From: Thermoanaerobaculia bacterium
Lineage (GTDB): Bacteria > Acidobacteriota > Thermoanaerobaculia > Multivoradales > Multivoraceae
Assembly (NCBI GenBank): GCA_963664405.1
Contig: OY761158.1
Location: 6,400,001 to 6,464,000 of the forward strand
DNA length: 64,000 nucleotides
Reading direction: 5' to 3'
Shown: piece by piece, positions 22,904 to 33,377 of the stretch
Layout of the letters: each line of letters opens with the position of its first letter
How positions within the stretch are numbered: the first letter of the stretch is position 1
Notes under the pieces: generated by a model
Told to the model about the DNA's origin: nothing
Database searches by the model: none
Seen by the model: the letters and a program-made list of their open reading frames with translations, nothing else
Made by a program: the position numbers and the translations under genes

Positions 22904-23809
22904 AATTGTCTCTGGGGCGCCCTCTTCTTTGGCACGCGCATCATGCCCGGCCTTGGCCTCCATCAGTCGCGGCATGATCTTGTCGATGTCTTCGACATCC
23001 CACAGCCCGTCCTTGGTGAAGGAGCGGATGACCGCCGGCTGCTGCATGATGCCGACCCAGCCTCGCATGATGTCGATGATCTGGCCGCTGACGCCCTGAC
23101 CGTTCTCGGAGGCGAGCCAGGCGACGACGGGAGCGATCTGGGCGGGACTCTGGTCGGGCGCGTCGATGTCGACCGAGGCTCCTCGAGCTCGCCGTAACTC
23201 GATGGTCATCCGAGTCGAAGCCCCGGGAGAGATTGCGTTGACGGTACATCCGTACTTGGCCAGCTCGAGGGCGAGGACTCTGGTGAAGCCCGCGATCCCC
23301 GCTTTGGCGGCCCCATAGTTGGATTGGCCGAAGTTGCCGTAAAGGCCGGAGACCGACGAGAAATTGAGGATGCGGCAGTTCGGTCGGCTGGTTTCGCGAA
23401 TGTAGCGGGCAAAAGGTCTGCTACAGCAATAGTGCCCCTTGAGGTGGACGCCGATTACGGCATCCCAATCATCTTCTTCGAGGTTGAAGATGGTGCGGTC
23501 GCGCAGAATGCCGGCGTTGTTTACCAGAATGTCGAGCTTGCCGAAGCTGTCCAAAGCGGTCTGGAAGATGCGCTTGCCGCCGTCGACCGTTGCGACCGAG
23601 TCGTAGCTCGGCGCTGCCTCTCCGCCGGCAGCGGCGATCTCCGCGACGACTTTGTCTGCGATGGGCGACGCTCCGGTGCCGTCGGTGGCGCCTCCTAGGT
23701 CGTTGACGACAACTTTGGCTCCCTGCCGGGCGAGCTCGAGAGCGATCTCACGCCCGATACCTTGGCCGGAGCCGGTGACGATGCCTACTTTTCCTTCTAG
23801 TACGCCCAT
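22901..23809 (-). CDS. SDR oxidoreductase (hydroxyacyl-CoA dehydrogenase-like)
   Basis: TGSGQGIG, VVVNDLG, NNAGILRD, YGAAK. Confidence 0.92.
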   Translation of the reverse strand: MGVLEGKVGIVTGSGQGIGREIALELARQGAKVVVNDLGGATDGTGASPIADKVVAEIAAAGGEAAPSYDSVATVDGGKRIFQTALDSFGKLDILVNNAGILRDRTIFNLEEDDWDAVIGVHLKGHYCCSRPFARYIRETSRPNCRILNFSSVSGLYGNFGQSNYGAAKAGIAGFTRVLALELAKYGCTVNAISPGASTRMTIELRRARGASVDIDAPDQSPAQIAPVVAWLASENGQGVSGQIIDIMRGWVGIMQQPAVIRSFTKDGLWDVEDIDKIMPRLMEAKAGHDARAKEEGAPETI

Positions 23810-23888
23810 GACTATCTCTCCTAGGAAGTGGAACTACGACTCGGGTCACCCCCGAAGTGGACGTTGGATGTTACCCCGACGGGGGCTC

Positions 23889-24130
23889 TAGACCAGCGTT
23901 TCCAAAGTTTGCGCACATATCTCGGCCCCTTCTGTCCGCTGGCGGCGTTTCGCCTCCTCGACATATTGCCCAATATGCCTGCGTCGGCGCGCCTCGCCCC
24001 GTAGAACGGACCTGCGGCCCGTTCTCCGGCCCATCCCCACCTGAGAACTACTCGCCTGCTTCGCAGGCTCCTAGCCAGCGAACAGAATGACCTCGAGCTA
24101 TTGCACACGAACTTTGGAAACGCTGGTCTA
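23889..24130 (-). repeat. TA-flanked palindromic element, family A long form (adds 240 nt), on the M28 gene stop
   Basis: Same TIRs plus a 78-nt internal module. Confidence 0.93.
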
Positions 24131-25834
24131 GTGGCCGACCGCTGCCCGTGACGCGAGTCGGGCGGCCTCGAACTCGCTGCCCGGCTTCCAGGCGGGAAAC
24201 TCCTCACTCTCGGCGATCAGCAGGCCGCAGAGGATGGCAAGTCTCACATCCTCCGCCATACCATCATAGGTCCAGGAAGGGTCGAGCTCGTCGCTGACCT
24301 GGTGGTAGTCGTGTCCAGTGTAGTGCTCGACTTGGCGGATGCCCCAGCCCTCCGGGCGGCCGATGAACTCGGTCCCGGGTTTGAGATAGAGCGCCGGCAC
24401 TCCGATCTTGGCGAAGTTGAACTGATCCGAGCGGTAGAAAGAGCCGCGGTCCGGGAAGATGTCGCCGGTGACTCGCCTGCCCTGTTGACGGGCTACCGCC
24501 TCGATGACGGCGTCGAGCGACGACTTGCCGTAGCCGATGGAGCTGATGTCGGCGGTTCGCCCCAGCACATTGCCGCCGTCGATGTTGATGTTGGCAGCGA
24601 TCCTGCCCGGCGCGAAAGTGGGGTTGAGAGTGTAGTAGCGCGAGCCGAGAAGGCCCTGCTCTTCAGCGCCGAAAAGGGCAAAGACGGTAGAGCGCCTTGG
24701 TTTCTCTGGCAGGGCCGCCACGGCTCTCGCGATCTCCAAGATCATGCTCACACCGCTGGCGTTGTCGAGCGCACCGTTGTAGATAGTGTCGCCCGCGGCG
24801 CTGCCGTCGCGCATGCCGAGATGGTCGTAATGAGCGCTGAAGACGACAGCCTCGTTGGCGAGATCCGGGTCGCGCCCGGTAACGACGCCGATGACGTTTG
24901 CGGTCTGGACCTGCCGAAGGCGGTTGCGGAATGCGATCGAAGTTTCGACGCCGAGAGGGATGGGGCGGAAATCGCGGGTACGAGCCCCCCGGCGAAGCCG
25001 AGCCAAGTCGAAGCCACCGAGTGCCACGATCCTGGAAGCAGCCTCTTCCCCAATCCAGCCTTGCACTAGCAGGTGAGGCTCTCCCGCACTCGGCAAGGAG
25101 AAACGCTCGCCGCCCCAGGAATTCTGAACCACGGGCCAGGGATAGCCGGCGGAGGAGGTAGTGTGGATGATGAGTGCACCGAGGGCACCGTGAGCGATCG
25201 CGCTCTCGTATTTATAGGTCCAGCGGCCGTAGTAGAGACGGGCGTTGCCGGCGAAGAGAGCCGGATCCCAGTCAGGATCGTTGTTCATGATCAGCAGAAA
25301 CTTGCCGCGAAGATCTACGCCCTTGAAGTCGTTCCATCCGTACTCGGGGGCATCGATGCCGTAGCCGACGAAGACGATCTCGGCGGCGTCTGCCGAGACT
25401 CGTTCGCTCTGGACCCCGCTTGCCGCCACGATCTCGACACCGGGTCGCAGGTCGATCGCGGCTCTGGGAGTCCTGAAAGACCAGGTCGGGGGTAGCTCGG
25501 GGGTGAGGCCGATGAGCTCGAAGCTCTGGTCCCAGCTGGCGCCGGATGCGCCTGGCTCCACTCCCAGAGCGGAGAGTTGGCCGGCGATGTAGGAGCGTGC
25601 GCGGAGACTGCCCGCGCTGCCGGGGCCGCGCCCCTCCATGCTGTCGTCGGCGAGATTGCGCAGATGGGCCTCGAGGGCCGCCGGGTCGATCGTCGCGGCT
25701 ACCTCTTCGGCGCCCGAGGGCAGAGGCGAAAGAGGCTCGGCGGTGTCGAGCCGCTCGCTGCTACAGCCTGCGAGGAGGACGAGCACGAAGAAGGCTGCGA
25801 GGGGCGTGCGACGGAAGCGGAGGCAGAGGTTCAT
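24128..25834 (-). CDS. M28 family peptidase lipoprotein with PA domain
   Basis: Lipobox LLAGC; SAHYDHLG, NGALDNASG, AEEQGLLGS, RSDQFNF. Confidence 0.92.
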   Translation of the reverse strand: MNLCLRFRRTPLAAFFVLVLLAGCSSERLDTAEPLSPLPSGAEEVAATIDPAALEAHLRNLADDSMEGRGPGSAGSLRARSYIAGQLSALGVEPGASGASWDQSFELIGLTPELPPTWSFRTPRAAIDLRPGVEIVAASGVQSERVSADAAEIVFVGYGIDAPEYGWNDFKGVDLRGKFLLIMNNDPDWDPALFAGNARLYYGRWTYKYESAIAHGALGALIIHTTSSAGYPWPVVQNSWGGERFSLPSAGEPHLLVQGWIGEEAASRIVALGGFDLARLRRGARTRDFRPIPLGVETSIAFRNRLRQVQTANVIGVVTGRDPDLANEAVVFSAHYDHLGMRDGSAAGDTIYNGALDNASGVSMILEIARAVAALPEKPRRSTVFALFGAEEQGLLGSRYYTLNPTFAPGRIAANINIDGGNVLGRTADISSIGYGKSSLDAVIEAVARQQGRRVTGDIFPDRGSFYRSDQFNFAKIGVPALYLKPGTEFIGRPEGWGIRQVEHYTGHDYHQVSDELDPSWTYDGMAEDVRLAILCGLLIAESEEFPAWKPGSEFEAARLASRAAVGH

Positions 25835-27252
25835 TGCGGGGAGTCGGCAGGGAGGTGCGGTGGCGCGGTCCCGGCGTCCAGCACATCCTTGAGCGTGACT
25901 CCCTCGGTCGCCTCGTTCTGGTCGGCGGCGAGATTTGCGAGATGAGCCGCCGCCGGGCCCTTGGCTGGTGAGGTTGCTGCCAAAGCGAGGATCTCGTCCA
26001 CGGAGATCGAGGCGGCGGGTCTGGCCAGGGTCAAGGCGCTCTGCCCTCCACGGCCTCGATTTCGGTGGATGAACCCCTCCTTCTCCAGACGAAGAAGCTG
26101 GGGTCGCAGAAGACGGGGCGGAGCATCGAGATCACGGGCGAGATCGATCGTGGTCAGCGTCTCGCCTCGCGAGAAGGCAGCTGCGATACAGGCGAGCACT
26201 TGCAGGTGCCACCGGGGGTCGATGGGGAGGGTCGCGTTGTCGTCGAAGATCGCGCCGGCGGTGGCCATGTACTGGAGGCTGAAAGCGATCTCCAGACCGA
26301 AGAGAAGGAGAAGCCAACTGCCGTACAGCCACAGCAGGAAGAAGGGCACCAGGGCGAGAGCGCCGTAGAGGCTGGTGAGAGCGGTGCTGCTGAGGTAGAG
26401 GCCGAAGAGCTCTTGGAACAGCAGCCATGTGAACGCGGTGATGAGTGCACCGATCGCGGCGGATCGCCAGTGCACGTGAGTGTTCGGGACGAGGCGAAAG
26501 ACCACCGCGAGGACAAACCAGGTGACGGCGAGGGGGGCCAGGAACGCGAGGGGGGCCGAAAGCCAGGTTCCGAAGATGCCGCTGCCGATGCCGATGATCT
26601 TGTTCTGGATCACTTGAGCGCCGACAATGGCGAGGGGGCCCAGAGTGATGACGGTGAAGTAGAGGGGGAGACGCGTGCTCAGCGAACGCGTCTCTTCGGC
26701 GTGATAGACCGTGTTGAAACTCGACTCGATCGTGTCCATGAGGGCGGTGGCGCCGTAGACGAAGATCAGGAACCCGACCAGGCCGATGCCGGCGAAGTTG
26801 ACCGAGGAGAGGCGCTCGAAGACCTCATCCAGGCGCTCTCTCAACACTTCCCGCGCTCCGTCGAACTCGGCTGCGCTTCGAGGACTGTCTATTTCGAGGA
26901 CGTCCGCCTCGACGCGGTCGGCCTCGACGCGGTCGGCCTCGACATTCAACAGACTATCGGGCAGGAGCAGGTTCACGACGGTAGTGCGGAGCGCCTGCAT
27001 CTCGTCAGGGCCCTGCATCGACTGGAAGAGCATGAGGCCGAGGACGGCCATGGGAATCAAGCTGAGCAGGGTCTGATAGACCAGAGCCGCCGCCATCTGC
27101 GGTGCGTGGTCGCGACGGAGCTTGCGGAAGCAGGAGATGGAGAGTCGAACCCAGAAGGCCGCGGTCTGGGGCAGCTGAGCGAGCTCCTCGAGCGGATGGG
27201 TCAGAATGGCGGTGAGGTACCCCAGCCCTTTTCTCGGGGCGTTAGATGACAC
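25831..27252 (-). CDS. YihY/BrkB-family membrane protein with C-terminal Rrf2-like HTH
   Basis: AAALVYQTLLSLIP, IESSFNTV, LYGALALVPFFLLWLY, LARPAASISVDEIL. Confidence 0.85.
   Translation of the reverse strand: MSSNAPRKGLGYLTAILTHPLEELAQLPQTAAFWVRLSISCFRKLRRDHAPQMAAALVYQTLLSLIPMAVLGLMLFQSMQGPDEMQALRTTVVNLLLPDSLLNVEADRVEADRVEADVLEIDSPRSAAEFDGAREVLRERLDEVFERLSSVNFAGIGLVGFLIFVYGATALMDTIESSFNTVYHAEETRSLSTRLPLYFTVITLGPLAIVGAQVIQNKIIGIGSGIFGTWLSAPLAFLAPLAVTWFVLAVVFRLVPNTHVHWRSAAIGALITAFTWLLFQELFGLYLSSTALTSLYGALALVPFFLLWLYGSWLLLLFGLEIAFSLQYMATAGAIFDDNATLPIDPRWHLQVLACIAAAFSRGETLTTIDLARDLDAPPRLLRPQLLRLEKEGFIHRNRGRGGQSALTLARPAASISVDEILALAATSPAKGPAAAHLANLAADQNEATEGVTLKDVLDAGTAPPHLPADSPQ
26905..26943. 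repeat. 15-bp tandem repeat (VEADR) in the YihY loop
   Basis: GCCTCGACGCGGTCG repeated about 2.5 times. Confidence 0.75.
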
Positions 27253-28423
27253 CTTCGTCCTCCAGCTCTGCGACCCTCTCTTCGTCGTAGCCCAGGGAGT
27301 CGAGCACTTCCTTGGTGTGGGCGCCGCGCTCGGCGGTGGCGAAGCGCATGCGCTGGGGGGTTCTCTCGAGGTGGACAGGCTGGCCGACGACGCGGATCGG
27401 ACCGAGCTGCGGATGGTCCAGCGGAGTGGCAATGCCCAGGTGCTCGACCTGGGGATCGGCCATGGTCTGGTCGATGCTGTTGATCGGGCCACAGGGAATT
27501 CCGCGCTGATTGAGCTCCTCGATCCATTCCTGGCTGGTCCGCCGGCGCGTGCCTTCACCGACCTCCTCGATCAGAGCCTCGCGATTCTTGGAGCGGAGCT
27601 TGGGATCTGCATAGGCCGGATTGTCGACGAGGTCGGCCCGGCCGATCGCCTCGGCGAGCTGTCGAAACTGCTTGGCGCTGGAAGCGGCGATGTTGATATG
27701 CCCGTCGGCGGTGGGGAAGACGCCCATCGGGGCCAGGGTGGGGTGGTGGTTGCCGGCTTGCCCTGCCACTTCGCCTTCGATCAGCCATCTGGCGACCTGG
27801 AAATCGAGCATGCCGATCTGGGCTTCGAGGAGAGAGGTGTTGACCCATTGACCTCGCCCCGATCGCGAGCGCTCGTGCAGTGCCACCATGATGCCGAAGG
27901 CCAGGTATAGGCCCGCGGCGAGGTCGGAGATCGCCGTCCCCACCCGCACCGGGCCCTGGCCGGGGAGGCCGGTCACCGACATCAGGCCGCCCATGCCCTG
28001 TGCGATCTGGTCGACTCCTGGGCGGTCGCCGTAGGGCCCGCTCTGACCGAATCCCGAGATGCTGCCGTAGACGATGCGCGGATTGAGCTTCGCCAGGGTC
28101 TCGTAGTCGACTCCGAGGCGATGCTTGACCTCGGCGCGGTAGTTCTCGACCACGACGTCGGCCTGCTCGGCGAGCTTGTAGAAGATCTCCTGCCCCCGCG
28201 GGTCCTTCAGATTGAGGGTGATGCAGCGTTTGTTGCGGTGCAGGTTCTGGAAATCCGAGCCGAGCCGGTTGCCGGCGCTGAAGCCCTCCTTGCCTAAGGG
28301 GGGCTCGACACGGACCACCTCCGCGCCCCAATCGGCGAGCTGGCGAACCGCGGTCGGCCCGGCACGCGCGATGGTGAGGTCGAGCACCTCGATGTCGCGG
28401 AGGGGAAGATCTGGGTCGCTCAT
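27242..28423 (-). CDS. CaiB/BaiF family III CoA transferase
   Basis: RAGPTA...LADWGAEVVRVE, RNKR, DVVVENYR, SISGFGQSGP. Confidence 0.93.
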   Translation of the reverse strand: MSDPDLPLRDIEVLDLTIARAGPTAVRQLADWGAEVVRVEPPLGKEGFSAGNRLGSDFQNLHRNKRCITLNLKDPRGQEIFYKLAEQADVVVENYRAEVKHRLGVDYETLAKLNPRIVYGSISGFGQSGPYGDRPGVDQIAQGMGGLMSVTGLPGQGPVRVGTAISDLAAGLYLAFGIMVALHERSRSGRGQWVNTSLLEAQIGMLDFQVARWLIEGEVAGQAGNHHPTLAPMGVFPTADGHINIAASSAKQFRQLAEAIGRADLVDNPAYADPKLRSKNREALIEEVGEGTRRRTSQEWIEELNQRGIPCGPINSIDQTMADPQVEHLGIATPLDHPQLGPIRVVGQPVHLERTPQRMRFATAERGAHTKEVLDSLGYDEERVAELEDEGVI

Positions 28424-28434
28424 CGCCGCTTTGA

Positions 28435-28665
28435 TCAGGATTGGGTGGCGTCGTTGCCGAGAGACAAGAGCTCCCCGGCCTGCGAGTGCTCTCGCTCCGC
28501 CCGTTTCGGGCAGGTGGCGCAGAGCAGCGACTCGCCGTTGGGGCCGACGATGTCGGGGCCGCCACACGATCCGCGAAGGCAGCGTCCGCTGAAGATGACG
28601 CCTACCGACATCATCAGCATGATGATGCCCATGAGAGACACTGTGAGTAGGATCATCGTGGCCAT
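28435..28665 (-). CDS. nqrM: NqrM-like Na+-NQR maturation protein
   Basis: TM helix then MSVGVIF..LRGSCGG...CATC, downstream of apbE. Confidence 0.75.
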   Translation of the reverse strand: MATMILLTVSLMGIIMLMMSVGVIFSGRCLRGSCGGPDIVGPNGESLLCATCPKRAEREHSQAGELLSLGNDATQS

Positions 28666-28680
28666 CTGGGAACGACTAGT

Positions 28681-29242
28681 CTAACGTTCTTGGCCGGCGA
28701 AGCGACCGAAGGCGGAGCTCTCGAGCTCGCTCACGCCGTCTGCGTCGTAAACCAGGAGCAACACGGCCAGACCTTCTTGCTCCGCGAGCCGGAGTCCCTC
28801 CTCGGGCCCCAGCACCATCATCGCGGTGGCCCAGGCATCGGCGACCGCGCAGCGGGGGTGAATGACGGTGGCCGACGCCAGCGAGTGTGAGACCGGACGC
28901 CCGGTGCGCGGGTCGATGGTGTGGGAGTAGCGTCTACCGTGTCGCTCATAGAAGTTGCGATAGTCGCCCGAGGTGGCCATCGCCTCGCCCGACAGCTCGA
29001 CAATGCGCTGTACCTTCCGGGAGCCCGGCTGCGGACTCTCGATGGCCAGCCGCCAGGCCCCGCCTTCGGCGCGCTCCCCTGCGCTTCGTACCTCACCTCC
29101 CACCTCGACCAGGAAGCGGTCGTAGCCTTGCTCCCGGAGGCGAAGAGCGATGAGGTCGACCGCCCACCCCTTGGCGATGCCGGAGAGATCGGCGTAGATC
29201 TCGGGGTTGTCTTTGGTCGCCGTCCGCTCGCCCGGATCCAGG
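28681..29242 (-). pseudogene. apbE: ApbE flavin transferase, 3' half only
   Basis: DLSGIAKGWAVD, VEVGGE, ATSGDYRN, YSHTIDPRTG, ADAWATA; N-terminal half missing. Confidence 0.88.
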
Positions 29243-29894
29243 CTTGGTCCCCGGAGATCTCCGTCGGATAGGCGAAGAAGAGAAAGACTCGCGAGGCGAG
29301 TGCGGGGTTGAGAATGTTCATCCCGGTGCCGCCGAAGACTTCTTTGGCTAGAACGACGCCGAAGCTGATTCCGAGCGCCACCTGCCATAGCGGGATGGTG
29401 GGGGGCAGGATCAAGGGGAAGAGCATGCCGGTAACCAGGAAACCCTCGTTGATCTCGTGGCGCCGGATCATGGCGAAGGCCCCTTCCCAGAGTCCGCCGA
29501 CCATGAAGGTGACCAAGAGCACCGGCAGGTAGTAGAGGCTGCCGTGCGCTACGCAGGCCAGTAGGTCAGTAGAGGAAAAGGGGAGTCCGAGCACGGTCAT
29601 CACATCGCTCTGCCAGGTCGCGAGCGGCGCGGCTCCGCCCTCGATGGCGCGGTGGGCTTGCAGGCCCGTGTTGTACATGGCCATGCAGGCACAGGGGATC
29701 AGGGCCACGACCACGGTCATCATCATCCGCTTGAGATCGAGCGCGTCACGAACATGGGAAGCGGCGCGCGTGGTCTTGCCCGGCGTATACAGAATGGTGT
29801 CGATCGCCTCGTAGAAAGGGAAGAGGCGCGGAAAGCGACCGCCCTCCTCGAAGAGGGGAGCCACCCGGTCGAGCAGATTACGTAGAGGCTTCAT
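29235..29894 (-). pseudogene. nqrB: NqrB, 5' half only
   Basis: HVRDALDLKRMM, HEINEGFLVTG, KEVFGGTGMNILNPAL, FFAYPTEISGDQAWI then breaks. Confidence 0.9.
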
Positions 29895-29895
29895 C

Positions 29896-30625
29896 TCAGC
29901 CCTCCGCCTCGAGCTCGTCGAGCACGGCGCGCAGATGGGGCCCGTAGTCGACCTTGGACGGGCAGACAAAGGTGCAGAGCGCCAGGTCCTCTTCTTCGAG
30001 CTCGAGGGCACCGAGCTCGGCGGCGCGATCGATGTCGCCCATGACCACGGCTTTGAGGAGGAAGGAAGGTTCGATGTCGAGCGGCATCACTCGCTCATAA
30101 AGACCGATGGGAATGATCGCCCGATCCGAGCCGTGTGTCGTAGTGGTCATGGCGAACTTCTTCTCGGGGAGCAACTTCGACAGAAACGTTCTGGAGGTGG
30201 AGAAGAGCTCGCGTCCGGGACTGAGCCAGCCGAGGAGCTCTCTTTGATCGCCCTCGCCGAGGACCGAAATCTGCTGATGGTAGCGCCCCAGAAAGCCCTC
30301 GGTCGCGCCCTCGGCACGTCGGCCCGAGAGGACGGAGCCGGAGACCACTCGGTGCTGCCCCTCGACCAACTCGCCGCGGACCAGGTCTGCTGTTGCAGCC
30401 CCCAGGCGGGTCCGCAGGAGTCGCGGATCGCGCACCGACGGACCGCAGAGAGCGACGATCCTCTCACTGCTCAGCTCACCGGTGGCGAAGAGACGGCCGA
30501 TCGCGGTCACGTCCTGGAGACCGACATACCAGACGAGTTTGTCCTGGTGGACCGGGTCGAGAAGATGAATATGAACGCCCACGGTGCCGGAAGGGTGCGG
30601 GCCGCTGAATTGGTGGTCCTGAAAG
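29896..30625 (-). pseudogene. nqrA: NqrA, 3' part only
   Basis: FSGPHPSGTVGVHIH, SGSVLSG, LGRYHQQ, ELEEEDLALCTFVCPSK; the upstream frame loses similarity near 30625. Confidence 0.88.
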
Positions 30626-30734
30626 GGCTCTGTCGGTGCTTGTTCTGACGTGCGCGGACGGGTATCGTTCGCCAGCCGGGAAGGTGGATGACGGACGTCC
30701 GCGGGGGCGGAAGATAGACCTCTGGGTGGTATGA

Positions 30735-33377
30735 ATGAAAGAGATACCGAAGAAGTACGACCACCGCTCTGTCGAAGAGCAGTGGCGACGGCAATGGGAG
30801 GAGTCCGGGCTCTATCGCTGGGACCCTGAGCGCCCTCGAGACGAGAGCTTCGTGGTGGACTCTCCGCCTCTCACCGTTTCGGGCTCTTTGCACGTGGGGC
30901 ACGCTTTCAGCTACACCCACCAGGATCTTCTGGTGCGATACCGCCGTATGCAGGGGCTCAACATCGCATACCCGATGGGGTGGGATGACAATGGACTCCC
31001 GACCGAACGGCGGGTCCAGAACGTTTTCGGTGTCCGTCCAAACCCCAAGCTGCCCTATGACCCGGCCTGGCGTCCTCGGCGCGATAAGAAGAAAGACGAG
31101 GGGGTGGAAGAGATCTCGCGTCTGAATTTCGTCGAGGCCTGCAGTGTGCTCACGGAAGGCGACGAGGAGGCATTTGCCGAGAGCTGGCGCCAGCTGGGTC
31201 TCTCGGTCGATTGGGCGCTGAGCTACGCCACGATCGACCCGCACTGCCGCCGGATCTCTCAGCTTTCTTTCCTCGACCTGTTCCGCAAGGGAAAGGTCTA
31301 CCAGAGCTTCGCGCCGACGATGTGGGATGTGGACTTGCGCACCGCTGTGGCCCAGGCTGAGGTCGAGGACCGGGATCGTAAGGGAGCGTTTCATGACCTT
31401 CGCTTCGCGGTCGATGGCGGTGGCGAGGTCGTGATCTCGACCACTCGTCCGGAGCTTCTCGGGGCTTGTATCGCGGTGGTAGCCCACCCCGACGACGGGC
31501 GCTACAGCGATTTCTTTGGCAAGACGGCAGTGACCCCGCTGTTCCACTCTCCGGTGCCGATTCTCCCGGCTGAGCACGCGGACCCGGAAAAGGGCACCGG
31601 CATTCTGATGGTGTGTACTTTCGGCGATGTGATGGACGTGGAGTACTGGAAGCGTTCGGGGATGGCTCATAAGCAGCTCGTCGGCGCCGATGGCAGGATG
31701 ATGGAGGTCGACTACGGCAGCTCTCCTTTCGGGAGTCGTGAGCCCGAGCTGGCCCGTCGCTCCTGGGCCGATCTTGCCGGGCTGACCGTGGTTCAAGCCC
31801 GGCGCAAGATCGTGGAGATGCTCGCGGCACCGGACTCCGCGGTCGGTGGCGGAGGGCCGGCGATGGTCGGAGAGCCGAAACCCACCGAGCACGCGGTCAA
31901 GTTTTACGAAAAGGGTGATCGTCCTCTCGAGTTCTTGCCCACTCGTCAGTGGTTCATCCGCATCTTGGACGCAAAGCAAGAGCTGATCGCGCAGGGGCGA
32001 AAGATTGCGTGGCATCCGCCTCATATGCGTACCCGCTATGAGCACTGGGTAGAGGGTTTGAACCAGGATTGGTGTGTCAGCCGCCAGCGCTACTCAGGGG
32101 TTCCATTTCCCATTTGGTATCCGCTCGACGACCAGGGCGCTCCGGATTACGAACACCCGCTGGTGGCGGCCGGGGAAAGTCTGCCTCTCGATCCTCTCTC
32201 CGAGCCGCCGCCCGGTTATAGCGAGGCCCAGCGAGATCAGCCCGGAGGATTCAGTGGCGACCCGGACGTCATGGACACGTGGGCAACCTCTTCACTCACG
32301 CCGCAGATCATCAGCGGATGGCCGGACGATCCCGAGCGTCACGCTAAGCTCTTTCCGATGGACCTTCGCCCTCAGTCTCACGAGATCATCCGTACCTGGG
32401 CTTTCTACACCATCGTCAAGGCGTGGATGCACGAGGGTCAGATCCCTTGGCGCCATGTCACCATCAGTGGCTGGGTAGTGGACCCCGATCGGAAGAAGAT
32501 GTCGAAGTCCAAGGGGAATGTGCTCACCCCGGGGAAGATCTTCGAAGAGTACTCGGCGGACGCCTACCGTTATTGGGCGGCGCGCAACCGCTTCGGCACC
32601 GACACCGTCTTCGATACCCAGGTAGTAAAGGTCGGCAAGCGACTCTCGGTGAAGCTCTTCAATGCCAGTCGCTTTGTGCTGATGCAGCTCGATCGCGTCG
32701 GTGCCGACTACGCCAGAGTGCCGGTAGAGGACATCGCGTCACCCCTGGACCTCTCTTTCGTCAGCGAGCTGCGCACACTGGTGGCGCGTGCGAGCGAGGC
32801 CTTCGAGAGCTTCGACTACGCCATGCCGCTACAGAGCTCCGAAGAGCTGTTTTGGCAGTTTTGTGACGATTTCCTCGAGTTGGTGAAAGTGCGCTCCTAC
32901 AGCGAGGAGGACACTCCCGAGCGGCGGTCGGCCACAGCGACGCTCCACCTGGGTCTGGAGACCTTTATTCGGCTCTTCGCTCCCTTTCTTCCGTATGTGA
33001 CGGAAGAGATCTGGTCTTGGCGCTTCGCGCGCGGCGAGGGGCCTTCGGCCTCTGTGCACAGAGCCTCCTGGCCTTCGGTGGAGGAGACCGTGAGCGTGGT
33101 CGAGCCGGAGCAGCGAGAGAGCTTCGCCGTTGCCAGCGATCTGCTACGCCAGATCCGTGGAGCGAAAACTCGCGAGAAACGCAGCCTTCGCTGGCCGGTT
33201 GCTGCACTGCAGGTCAGCGGGCCCGAGGAGGCCCGAGCCGCGCTCGATCCGGTGCTCGACGACGTCTTGCGAGCCGGTGTTGCGGAGGAAGCTACGATCG
33301 AGATCGTCGATGGACCCGCCCCGGTCGAGGGCCGCTTTGCGGTAGAGGCCTCGCTGGCGGAGGAGCCGTCGTCATGA
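30735..33377 (+). CDS. valS: Valine--tRNA ligase
   Basis: PPLTVSGSLHVGH, DWCVSRQR, DVMDTWATS, KMSKSKGN. Confidence 0.96.
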   Translation: MKEIPKKYDHRSVEEQWRRQWEESGLYRWDPERPRDESFVVDSPPLTVSGSLHVGHAFSYTHQDLLVRYRRMQGLNIAYPMGWDDNGLPTERRVQNVFGVRPNPKLPYDPAWRPRRDKKKDEGVEEISRLNFVEACSVLTEGDEEAFAESWRQLGLSVDWALSYATIDPHCRRISQLSFLDLFRKGKVYQSFAPTMWDVDLRTAVAQAEVEDRDRKGAFHDLRFAVDGGGEVVISTTRPELLGACIAVVAHPDDGRYSDFFGKTAVTPLFHSPVPILPAEHADPEKGTGILMVCTFGDVMDVEYWKRSGMAHKQLVGADGRMMEVDYGSSPFGSREPELARRSWADLAGLTVVQARRKIVEMLAAPDSAVGGGGPAMVGEPKPTEHAVKFYEKGDRPLEFLPTRQWFIRILDAKQELIAQGRKIAWHPPHMRTRYEHWVEGLNQDWCVSRQRYSGVPFPIWYPLDDQGAPDYEHPLVAAGESLPLDPLSEPPPGYSEAQRDQPGGFSGDPDVMDTWATSSLTPQIISGWPDDPERHAKLFPMDLRPQSHEIIRTWAFYTIVKAWMHEGQIPWRHVTISGWVVDPDRKKMSKSKGNVLTPGKIFEEYSADAYRYWAARNRFGTDTVFDTQVVKVGKRLSVKLFNASRFVLMQLDRVGADYARVPVEDIASPLDLSFVSELRTLVARASEAFESFDYAMPLQSSEELFWQFCDDFLELVKVRSYSEEDTPERRSATATLHLGLETFIRLFAPFLPYVTEEIWSWRFARGEGPSASVHRASWPSVEETVSVVEPEQRESFAVASDLLRQIRGAKTREKRSLRWPVAALQVSGPEEARAALDPVLDDVLRAGVAEEATIEIVDGPAPVEGRFAVEASLAEEPSS

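Noticed and set aside
28681-30011. ORFs 28681..29388 and 28818..30011 as intact genes
   Set aside because: Each reads through the nqrB/apbE deletion junction into an unrelated frame.
30507-32045. 512-aa ORF antisense to valS (likewise those opposite fumarase, lon and groL)
   Set aside because: Shadow ORFs expected from GC-rich codon bias opposite well-supported genes.
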